Source: a virus. From it: a stretch of 64,000 nt of DNA. The DNA is taken from the IMG/VR virus record IMGVR_UViG_3300027754_005987, positions 45,205 to 109,204 of that record; one strand, 5' to 3'. The translations under genes were made by a program, and so were the position numbers. The notes under the pieces were generated by a model that worked only from the letters and a program-made list of their open reading frames with translations, did no database searches and was not told the origin of the DNA. This document shows, piece by piece, positions 47,398 to 55,999 of the stretch. Position 1 is the stretch's first letter. Every line of letters starts with the position of its first letter.

Positions 47398-49808
47398 GTG
47401 TTTGTTGTTTCTATTAAAACTTCATTATTATTAACTTGGTTATCTTCAACTAATTTAATGTATAATGCTCTTCTGTTTTCTGTTACTTTATCCATTGAAT
47501 ACGTATCTTTAACAGTTGCAAAAAGATTATCTTGAAGGGTCTTAACCAAATCAGGGTTTGTAATTAATTTCTTGATAGCGCTATACCAATCTTTATGGTT
47601 TTTACTGCTTTCAACTAAAATACCATTAGCCTCTAAATCAAAACCACCACCAAATTTAATTGCGTTTTTAATGTCTATTTTATATGGACCAAAATCTTGA
47701 GCAATAATCGCTTTATGATGAAAACCAGCTTCAATAACTTTTAATTGACTTTTTACCTTGTTGAATATGTTTTCTTCGATAGGTGCCAATGAAATATCAA
47801 ATAGATTATAGTTAGAAGCATACGTTGAAATTGGTTTTGTCCAAACACGTCTATAAGATTCATTAGAAACATTAGGATATTCTTCTTGTCTAAATTTAAG
47901 TAAAAAATCTTTATATTCTGGACTAACAGATTTATAATCATCAGTAAATATCCTTTCATATTGATACCAAACGCTTTCCATTGGTTTGATAGCTCTTTGT
48001 GTTTGATTACCAGTTTTTTCATCAATCATAGTCATAGTACCTCTTAAGTCAAAACCACATAAAACAAATTGTACTTTATCAATTAAGTTATCACTTTTTA
48101 AACGACTAACAATACCATTTAGAATCTCTAAATCTTTTAAATGTGAATTACCAATCCACATAGCTTTACCGTTTCTTCTAACATAAATAATGTGATTTTT
48201 AACTTCAACACAATAAACATTACCCTTATAATGTCTATTATATTGGTCTTCTGTTTTTATTAGCGGTGTATTTTTATTATGTTTACTAATATTAGGGTGT
48301 TTAGTAAAATTAACAACTAAAGAATCATATTGATTATTAATGGCTCTACCTTTAATTTCAGAAGTTCGTTTACCTCTGTTTGTTATAGTAGCAGAAACAC
48401 CTATTTTTAACGCAATTTCTTGTAAATCATTTGCTAATGAAGGTGAGCAAGTAAATGCTCTAGTCCTAGTATATTTATTATTTTCAACATGTCCATCACC
48501 TTTAATAAACCAATCTAAAAATATAGTTAATTGTCTTGGTGATAAACCTAATACGTCTTTAGGTACAAATTTTTCATAAGCATCACCAAAGTTAGATAAA
48601 TACTCCCATAACTGTTTATCAAAAACCCTAATTTGGTGTTTATCTTTTGTATATTTTGGATTGAAACCCATTTTAATTAATAAATCATACATATATGATA
48701 AATAACCATTATCTTTTACTTGGGCAATACCTACTTGATGTAACTCCTTTGTTTTACTAACCCAACCTTCAGCCATCCAGAAACCAAAAAATTCTAACCA
48801 ATTATCCATATCAATAAATTTATCCGAACCATATTTTTCAGATAACCCATTATATCGTTTTTTTGAAATTAATTTGTCAACATAGCTTTCATTTTCTTCA
48901 TGTTCAGCATATTCATTTAACATAGGTAAAACAAAATATTTTTCTTCTTTACCAACCCAAATAGCATCTTTTTTAATATGGAAATTTTTACCATGTACTT
49001 TTTCAGATTGAATTAATTCTAAATTTAATTTTTTATGTGTTAATGATTTAGCAACTGAAGCATACATATTATGGTTTGGTGTAACTTCATATTCAACTAA
49101 ACCATTTTTAGCACAGTTTAATTCACCCTCAAATGGTTCACATATATAACCAGTTGGTTCATGATATTCTATCGCATTTGTTAATGGATTTAATGTCGCA
49201 ACAGTTTCAGTTTGATTTAACTTATCAAATCGTTTCCAACCTTCATTAGTCAAAATCTCAGTATCTGGTGTCATACAAGAACCACCTAGCCATCCAATTC
49301 TAACACGACCATTTGATGGTTCTAAGTTTGGTGTGAATTGTTTTTCTGTTGGGTCAATAGCGTTAGGTAAAACATATACGTTTTTATTATACTTTGAAAT
49401 TTCACTTGCAAATATATCAGTTGTTGTTGTAATATTTTCAGCAACTTTTAAATTTGCCAATATTTTCTCATCTAATTTAGCATTTTTAATCAAATGATAT
49501 GCTGGATGATGTGGTCCAGGTGCCCAATGGTCATCTAAATCCATTATGGAAATAATACCTAAATTTTTAAAATAATTAACAAGTGATTCCATTTGTTCAT
49601 ATTGACCAAGTGTTCTGTGATAATGTATAATATCATATTGTTTTAAAAATTCTACATTATTTAAATCTGGTTCGTAATCAACATCAACATGAAACTCATC
49701 TGGGTAATTATTTTCTAACGCTAAATGTGGGTTAGTTGAGCGATAATAACCAACACCTGTACGGTCTGATGGTACAACTAAAACTTTTATTTTTTTTCTT
49801 TTTTCCAT
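47394..49808 (-). CDS. GT-B-fold glycosyltransferase containing an intein
   Basis: GVGYYRS..P, DLDDHW, VLPNAID, RIGWLGGS|SHLKDL and DISLAPI...FNKVKSQLKVIEAG motifs. Confidence 0.85.
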   Translation of the reverse strand: MEKRKKIKVLVVPSDRTGVGYYRSTNPHLALENNYPDEFHVDVDYEPDLNNVEFLKQYDIIHYHRTLGQYEQMESLVNYFKNLGIISIMDLDDHWAPGPHHPAYHLIKNAKLDEKILANLKVAENITTTTDIFASEISKYNKNVYVLPNAIDPTEKQFTPNLEPSNGRVRIGWLGGSCMTPDTEILTNEGWKRFDKLNQTETVATLNPLTNAIEYHEPTGYICEPFEGELNCAKNGLVEYEVTPNHNMYASVAKSLTHKKLNLELIQSEKVHGKNFHIKKDAIWVGKEEKYFVLPMLNEYAEHEENESYVDKLISKKRYNGLSEKYGSDKFIDMDNWLEFFGFWMAEGWVSKTKELHQVGIAQVKDNGYLSYMYDLLIKMGFNPKYTKDKHQIRVFDKQLWEYLSNFGDAYEKFVPKDVLGLSPRQLTIFLDWFIKGDGHVENNKYTRTRAFTCSPSLANDLQEIALKIGVSATITNRGKRTSEIKGRAINNQYDSLVVNFTKHPNISKHNKNTPLIKTEDQYNRHYKGNVYCVEVKNHIIYVRRNGKAMWIGNSHLKDLEILNGIVSRLKSDNLIDKVQFVLCGFDLRGTMTMIDEKTGNQTQRAIKPMESVWYQYERIFTDDYKSVSPEYKDFLLKFRQEEYPNVSNESYRRVWTKPISTYASNYNLFDISLAPIEENIFNKVKSQLKVIEAGFHHKAIIAQDFGPYKIDIKNAIKFGGGFDLEANGILVESSKNHKDWYSAIKKLITNPDLVKTLQDNLFATVKDTYSMDKVTENRRALYIKLVEDNQVNNNEVLIETTNT
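48147..49277 (-). mobile_element. Intein (377 aa) with a LAGLIDADG homing endonuclease
   Basis: Starts CMTPDTEILTNEGW, block B VTPNHNM, FFGFWMAEG and FIKGDG motifs, ends VYCVEV..H...VRRNGKAMWIGN followed by Ser. Confidence 0.92.
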
Positions 49809-49890
49809 AATTTAATTTTTTATTATATTTTTTTATTAATTAATAATCATTAATTAAGTTAAATATATATATTATAAAACATTTGTAAAT

Positions 49891-49918
49891 AAAAAAAGGG
49901 CTATAATAGCCCTCTTTT
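49891..49918 (-). terminator. Intrinsic terminator
   Basis: AGGGCTA-taa-TAGCCCT flanked by A/T tracts. Confidence 0.65.
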
Positions 49919-49938
49919 TAAATTTATTTTAAATTATT

Positions 49939-50547
49939 TTATTTTTTAACGCTTAATTTACCTTCTTTAATTAAAACATTAATTGTTTTCTTAATAGCTG
50001 ATTCAGTAATTCTTTTTTCATAATCTTCTCTTAAAAATTTAGAAATACCTTCTTGTATCATAGATTGTAATTGTTCATGGCTAATAGTAATCATATTAGG
50101 ATTAGCACTTTCACGTAAAAGCATTGCTTTTGGTTTTGGTTGTTCTTGTGCTTTAGGTTTAATACCTGTTAATTTAGTTATAGCTTCAGTTGTAACTTTT
50201 GAAGGTGGTCCTTGTAATCTAGGTATTCTAGTTTTTAGCATAGCTTCTTTTATTGCTTGCGGTAAGTTAGACGACATAACTTGTTCATCAGTATAATCAC
50301 TTATCTGTGTTGGGTCACTGGTTGGTGCTTTATAATCACCATAGCTCATATCTTTTTCATCAGCTTCATCATAACCGTAATACTCTTCTTTTTTATATGA
50401 AGGTTCTGGAGAGTAAGATTCAACTAAACCGTTATCATTTCCAGATTGTTTTATTGGTTTGTTGGTCTCAACTTTTTCCATTACTTGTTTTGACCTAGCC
50501 AACAAACTTGCTAAAGCCCCTACAGGGACTGGTTTTGGTATTTCCAT
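49939..50547 (-). CDS. Hypothetical protein, putative head-associated
   Basis: 202 aa; LVES, LLRES and ITES motifs. Confidence 0.55.
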   Translation of the reverse strand: MEIPKPVPVGALASLLARSKQVMEKVETNKPIKQSGNDNGLVESYSPEPSYKKEEYYGYDEADEKDMSYGDYKAPTSDPTQISDYTDEQVMSSNLPQAIKEAMLKTRIPRLQGPPSKVTTEAITKLTGIKPKAQEQPKPKAMLLRESANPNMITISHEQLQSMIQEGISKFLREDYEKRITESAIKKTINVLIKEGKLSVKK

Positions 50548-50551
50548 AACT

Positions 50552-51004
50552 TTATTTTTTTATTTCTTTATTAGGTTTATATTGTGCTATTATACGTTTG
50601 AAGGTGTTAACAACCGTTTTTGGTAAAAAGTTACCTTTTTTATCACCATTTGGGTTATAATTATCAACTGGTTCATAAATAGTCATTTTTGTTGGATACC
50701 AACCTTCAATTCTATCTATTCTGAATATTTTAGTTGCTGCGTTAGTATTCCCTTTTTTAGATGCACCACTAATTTGTTGTGCCCTAATTGCATAATTACC
50801 GTTAAATAATTGACCATACACTGTTGGCAAAATATATCTTTTGCTTGGTGGCTGGTTTGGGAAATCCCTATATAATATATTAACGGCTTTTCTATTCATT
50901 ATTGCATATATTAAATCATCAGCAGAAACATCTTCAGTTATTAAACCTAGATGTTTCTGTGATTCTTCAAATATAACCTCTTCGAATAAATTGTAAAGCT
51001 TCAT
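50552..51004 (-). CDS. WYL-like domain protein with a capsid-targeting-like N-terminus
   Basis: MKLYNLFEEVIFEE leader; AIMNRKAVNILY...RYILP...AIRA...KIFRIDRI. Confidence 0.55.
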   Translation of the reverse strand: MKLYNLFEEVIFEESQKHLGLITEDVSADDLIYAIMNRKAVNILYRDFPNQPPSKRYILPTVYGQLFNGNYAIRAQQISGASKKGNTNAATKIFRIDRIEGWYPTKMTIYEPVDNYNPNGDKKGNFLPKTVVNTFKRIIAQYKPNKEIKK

Positions 51005-51015
51005 ATAAAAAAAAA

Positions 51016-51435
51016 TTAAGGTATTACAACTTGTCCTATGTTTTTAGAGGTATCTGGGTGTGTATAAAAATTTTTGGTATCTGCTGGATTTGTTATATTA
51101 ACACCATAACCAAAAGTAGTTAAATTGTATAAAATAGCTTTGTTTCTACCAATACCGTTGGTAGAACCTTTGATATCATAATCATCACCACCGATATAAT
51201 TGTTTCTAGCGGTATAACCATTATAAGTATTGCTTAAATCAAATGCATCATTAGTAGCTTTACCTCTATATGGTGTTGCAAGGTCTGCTTTAGCGTTTGT
51301 GTTTGTTTGGCCATATTCATTTGTTGTTTTGAATGATGTGCCATATAGTAAACTAGATTTGGGTAACAAGAAGTTTCTACTAGCAATTGCGATTATTTCT
51401 AGTGGTGATTGACCACCGTTGTAAGGAGTTGGCAT
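51016..51435 (-). CDS. Hypothetical protein
   Basis: 139-aa ORF. Confidence 0.55.
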   Translation of the reverse strand: MPTPYNGGQSPLEIIAIASRNFLLPKSSLLYGTSFKTTNEYGQTNTNAKADLATPYRGKATNDAFDLSNTYNGYTARNNYIGGDDYDIKGSTNGIGRNKAILYNLTTFGYGVNITNPADTKNFYTHPDTSKNIGQVVIP

Positions 51436-51438
51436 AAG

Positions 51439-51843
51439 TTATAATATTTGTTTTTTGTTATTGTTATTCATATATTCAATTAAATATTTGATAGAAGAAA
51501 TTTCTTCAGACAATGCTTCAGCATTTGTTAATATTCTACTTTTAACACCGCCTTTTTTATCAGCACTTTTAGTGACTTTAGGCGCTTCAACACTTGTTGG
51601 GTTAATTTCTTTTTGAAAGGTATTTCTATAATCAGTATCTTTTGTTATTTCTTTACCTTTATTTATTATGTTTCTAGCGTGTTGTAGTTTTTTCTTTATT
51701 TCTTCCAGTTCAATTTCACCTTGTTTGGTTATTGTCCCGTTTTTTAATTCTTGTTTTAATCTAGTCTCACGCATTTTTAATGCTTCACCGTCCAATACTT
51801 TATTGTCGTGGTTAAATTTTGTGTTATCTAAATTAGTTTTCAT
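51439..51843 (-). CDS. Hypothetical protein
   Basis: 134 aa; C-terminal LSEEISSIKYLI. Confidence 0.55.
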   Translation of the reverse strand: MKTNLDNTKFNHDNKVLDGEALKMRETRLKQELKNGTITKQGEIELEEIKKKLQHARNIINKGKEITKDTDYRNTFQKEINPTSVEAPKVTKSADKKGGVKSRILTNAEALSEEISSIKYLIEYMNNNNKKQIL

Positions 51844-51845
51844 TA

Positions 51846-52328
51846 TTAAATGTTTTTATTCTTTTTAGGATTATTTTTTTTACTAATAATCGCTTTGGAT
51901 AATTCTTCTAGTTGTGCATCGGTTAATTCAACATCATTAATAGTGTTAATCAATTTAGCAACTTTTGGATTGTAATTTTTTTCAGTTACATCTGAATCTT
52001 TGCTTTTTTTAACAAGGTCTTCAATTATTTCTTCAACAGTTTGTTTTTTAACAATATTACTTTCACCTAAGTTTGTAGTTGAACTACCACCAGCACGTCT
52101 ACCACCAAAACTATAAACAGCAAACCATGGAATATTTTGTCTATAACGACCAAATACTATATCCGTAGTTGTTGATTTTCCTTTTTTATAGTTAGAATCA
52201 TCATTATATGGTTTTTCAACTGGACCTGTTTCTATTTCACTATTATTGCTAATGGTTCTATCATTACCACCAGAAAAAATATCCCCACCAACCAATTCAG
52301 TTAAATCTTTCTTTTTAAATGTAGCCAT
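51846..52328 (-). CDS. Hypothetical protein
   Basis: 160 aa; ATATTTATA motif upstream. Confidence 0.55.
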   Translation of the reverse strand: MATFKKKDLTELVGGDIFSGGNDRTISNNSEIETGPVEKPYNDDSNYKKGKSTTTDIVFGRYRQNIPWFAVYSFGGRRAGGSSTTNLGESNIVKKQTVEEIIEDLVKKSKDSDVTEKNYNPKVAKLINTINDVELTDAQLEELSKAIISKKNNPKKNKNI

Positions 52329-52342
52329 AATTTATCTTTTAA

Positions 52343-52374
52343 TATAAATATATTGAAAACACAGAATATTTATA
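52343..52374. promoter_or_regulatory. Divergent pair of putative late promoter motifs (ATATTTATA on each strand)
   Basis: tataaatat at 52343-52351 faces the minus-strand gene; aatatttata at 52365-52374 faces the tail-fibre gene. Confidence 0.65.
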
Positions 52375-52390
52375 TTAAAACCTATAAATT

Positions 52391-55300
52391 ATGTCGTTTA
52401 GAACAAAATTAGATTTTTCAGACAATAGACAAGTAAAACAACACATAAAAACCAAAACTGTTTTATCTGGTGCAACATCATTTGGTGTGCCTTACGTTGA
52501 TTTGCCTTCTGGGCCAGATTTTAGCACATCATCAATTACGCAAACAATTACATCAATAACTAGCACTTTTTCTGGTAATAGTACAACAACAAATTATACT
52601 TGGTATGATTCTAGGATGTCATTGGCTAACAATGTGTTATCAGCAATTACCCCAACAACATCAGCGTATACTCAAAACACTGGTCAAGTTTATACTGGTA
52701 ATTCATACACAATAATTGATGACAATACAATTTATTCAACTTATAGTGGTGTATCTTTTGATATTAGCGCAACAACTTTTATTAGTTTGGGTGGTGGTAA
52801 TTATTCTGGTTCAGTTTATACAAACACATTAAGAATACTTTCATATAATTCATTAGATTTTACTGGTAGAACTATTTGGAATGATGTTTCTGGAATAACT
52901 AGAACAGATAGACTTATTGTTAGCAGAGGTGCACAAACTGGATATATTTTAGGAGCGACAGATTCTGAAGGTATGGTTGAATGGATACCTACTAGTGGGT
53001 TTGAATTTAGTGGTGGTAGTGGTAATTGTATTACTGATTTATATGTTACTAACGTATTTGGTTGTTCACCTATTAGAGTACATGATGATATCATTCTTAG
53101 CGGTACAACTAGTAAAAAATTAGGTATAAATACAACACCATCATATACTTTTGATATGTTAAGTCAGGATGGTACTAGTAAATTATTTTATGATGATACA
53201 ACTGATAGTCAAAGTCTTATATTAAGTGGTAAGACTAATGGTTTATATTACGTAGATGTTAGAGCTACAGATGTTGGTATTTTAAGACTAGGTGTTGTTG
53301 GTAAATCGTATAGTGGTAATACTACATTTGGTGTTACAGGTGATTCATACGTATATTCATCAGTATTATCAAATGGTTTAAATATAATTAGCTCACCAGG
53401 TGGGTTATCATCAACAACTAGTGATTATATAAGATTTTATGCTGGTAACACAGCTACATCACAACCTGATTTACATATACAAGGTAGCGGAGCAACAAGA
53501 GGTAATATTGGTATAGGGACTACAGACCCAAAAGATACATTACATATTAAAGGTAGTGCTAGTGTTTTAAATTTAGAAGGTAGTGACCACGTTTATATGA
53601 ATTTTTATCCTGATGGATATTCTGCTGGTAGAAAAGCATGGTTTGGGTTTGGCAATAGTACTGATGATAATATTAGTTTAACAAATCAAACAGTAACAGG
53701 TGGTACAGTATTTAAAACTAATGATATAACTAGAATGTTTATATCAGCGTCAGGTAATTCTGGTAATGTTGGTATAGGAACTATAGTACCTACTGAAAAA
53801 TTAGATGTTAATGGTAGGACGAAAACAACAACAATACAAGTTACATCTGGTGCGACTAATGGATATGTATTAATATCAGATAGTAATGGTGTTGGTAGAT
53901 GGGGGAAAGCTGCTTCGGATATTTTTACTACAGGTAGTACTAATAATAACGCGATTTATGATATTATAGGTTCACATACTTTAAGTGGTGTATCTGATTA
54001 TTCGATAATAGCTGGTGGTTATGGTAATACAATTACAGGTAGTACTTATTCTGGTATATTTGCTGGTAGTGGAAACACTATTAGTAGTACATCAAAATTA
54101 TCGGTAATTGCTGGTGGTAATTTAAATACGATATCAGGTCATACAAATGCTTTTATTGGTGGTGGACAAAATAATTTTATTGATTTTTGTAGTTCTAAAG
54201 GTAAAGGTAATACTAATGAAAGTATAATTGGTGGTAGTTTTAATGAGATTGATTCAGCAATAAACTCAAGTATTGTTGGAGGTGGGAATAATTTATTAAA
54301 TAATTCATCACATGGAGGGCAATCATCAACTATATTAGGTGGTAGTGGTAATACTATGACTAATGGTCATATTTCAACAATGATTGGTGGTAGTGGTAAT
54401 ACATTAGGTGATAGTGCTTGTGCATTATCTTATTCAACGATTATAGGTGGTTATGGGAATAATATATCATCAGTTAATACTGGTGGTTTTAACATGATTG
54501 CGAATTCAATAACATCTAGTATTGATGGTCAATATGCTCTTATATTAAATTCTAATATATCAAACATATTTGGTAATTCATATAATTCATCAATTATTGG
54601 GGGTAGTGGGAATACGATAACAAGTAGTGATTATGTGATTATTGATGGAGGTAAAAGTAATAATATTGATTCATCAGATTATTCAATAATTGGTGGTGGT
54701 TCTAGTAATATAATTATTGATAGTACATATTCAGGTTTATTTGCTGGTAGTGGTAACACAATAACAAATACATCATTTAATTCAGTAATAGCTGGTGGTA
54801 GTGGAAATACTGTTAATGGACATAACAACGCATTTATTGGCGGTGGTTCTGATAATACCATACATGAAGGTTGTCCTAGTACTGAATTACCAATTAACGA
54901 AGCGATTATTGGTGGTTCTAATAATATAATATCAGCTGCAACAAGTTCAGTTATTTTAGGTGGTTCCGAAAATAGTATTACAAAATATACTCGTTCAGTT
55001 ACCATTGGTGGTTATCGTAATTCATTTATTGATACAACTTATGATAACCTAATTTATTGTGATGATAATACTGAAGATAATATTATAACTACAGATTCAG
55101 TTATAGTTGGTGGTAGAAATAATACAGTTAGTAATAAAGTTTCTAATTCTGTTATATTAGGTGGTTCTGGAAACACTATTACTGGTAATGTTTCAAGTAC
55201 AGCTTCTTACGGTAATGCTATAATTGGTGGTAAAGCAAATGGAGTAGGTAGCAATATAAAACATAGTATAGTATTAGGTGGCTATAATATAACAGCTACA

Positions 55301-55999
55301 ACATCTGATATGGTTTATGTACCAGATTTAATAATTGATGGATTGATTAGCGTTACTAATTTACAAACAAATGCTAGTGGGCAATTAATAGATGGTGCTT
55401 CAGATATTAGACTTAAACAAAATATTAATCAATTACAGAATTCATTATCAATACTTAAAAATCTAAGAGGTGTTTCATTTGAATACACCCAAGAATCTAA
55501 TATGGGTGGTGGATTACGATATGGATTTATTGCTCAAGAAGTTCAAGAATTTATACCAGATATTGTTAGGTCTAGGGTTAAAGGTGATGGTATGTTATCA
55601 CTTAGCTATACTGAAATAATACCCTTATTGGTTGAAGCAGTTAAAGAATTATCATCTGGACAGACAACAAACAATACTTATTTAGAAACGCAGTCAATAC
55701 TTGCTGAAGATAACAATATTGATTTAAATCATAATGGTAGTGTTGAATCAGCAGTTGGTGGTGGGATTAGAGTTATTAATGCTATAGGAATAGATAATCA
55801 CGCTGAATTAATAACTGATACAGATGGTAATTTCGTTACAAATAATGATTTTAAACCTAATGCGTTAACTATTCCTTTATATACACCAACATCATCTAAC
55901 GATATAAATGGTAATGATGGTAACATAACAAGAGATGCTGACTATTTATATATTAAGTGCAATAATATTTGGAAAAGAACAAAACTGGAAGAATTTTAA
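52391..55999 (+). CDS. Tail fibre/spike with GGxxN beta-helix repeats and a peptidase S74 intramolecular chaperone
   Basis: GNIGIGTTDP..LH and GNVGIGT..P...LDV fibre motifs; many S.I.GGSGN.I repeats; SDIRLKQNI...GFIAQEV...LSY...LLVEAVKEL. Confidence 0.85.
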   Translation: MSFRTKLDFSDNRQVKQHIKTKTVLSGATSFGVPYVDLPSGPDFSTSSITQTITSITSTFSGNSTTTNYTWYDSRMSLANNVLSAITPTTSAYTQNTGQVYTGNSYTIIDDNTIYSTYSGVSFDISATTFISLGGGNYSGSVYTNTLRILSYNSLDFTGRTIWNDVSGITRTDRLIVSRGAQTGYILGATDSEGMVEWIPTSGFEFSGGSGNCITDLYVTNVFGCSPIRVHDDIILSGTTSKKLGINTTPSYTFDMLSQDGTSKLFYDDTTDSQSLILSGKTNGLYYVDVRATDVGILRLGVVGKSYSGNTTFGVTGDSYVYSSVLSNGLNIISSPGGLSSTTSDYIRFYAGNTATSQPDLHIQGSGATRGNIGIGTTDPKDTLHIKGSASVLNLEGSDHVYMNFYPDGYSAGRKAWFGFGNSTDDNISLTNQTVTGGTVFKTNDITRMFISASGNSGNVGIGTIVPTEKLDVNGRTKTTTIQVTSGATNGYVLISDSNGVGRWGKAASDIFTTGSTNNNAIYDIIGSHTLSGVSDYSIIAGGYGNTITGSTYSGIFAGSGNTISSTSKLSVIAGGNLNTISGHTNAFIGGGQNNFIDFCSSKGKGNTNESIIGGSFNEIDSAINSSIVGGGNNLLNNSSHGGQSSTILGGSGNTMTNGHISTMIGGSGNTLGDSACALSYSTIIGGYGNNISSVNTGGFNMIANSITSSIDGQYALILNSNISNIFGNSYNSSIIGGSGNTITSSDYVIIDGGKSNNIDSSDYSIIGGGSSNIIIDSTYSGLFAGSGNTITNTSFNSVIAGGSGNTVNGHNNAFIGGGSDNTIHEGCPSTELPINEAIIGGSNNIISAATSSVILGGSENSITKYTRSVTIGGYRNSFIDTTYDNLIYCDDNTEDNIITTDSVIVGGRNNTVSNKVSNSVILGGSGNTITGNVSSTASYGNAIIGGKANGVGSNIKHSIVLGGYNITATTSDMVYVPDLIIDGLISVTNLQTNASGQLIDGASDIRLKQNINQLQNSLSILKNLRGVSFEYTQESNMGGGLRYGFIAQEVQEFIPDIVRSRVKGDGMLSLSYTEIIPLLVEAVKELSSGQTTNNTYLETQSILAEDNNIDLNHNGSVESAVGGGIRVINAIGIDNHAELITDTDGNFVTNNDFKPNALTIPLYTPTSSNDINGNDGNITRDADYLYIKCNNIWKRTKLEEF

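Noticed and set aside
24928-49808. Bacterial O-antigen/capsule locus or chimeric assembly
   Set aside because: Interleaved and coupled with phage genes (sigma, phoH, dut, EndoVII), shares phage promoter motifs, and has no wzx, wzy, wza or wzc
54000-55300. Regularly spaced ggtggtagtggtaat repeats as a DNA element
   Set aside because: Explained by GGSGN beta-helix protein repeats with synonymous variation
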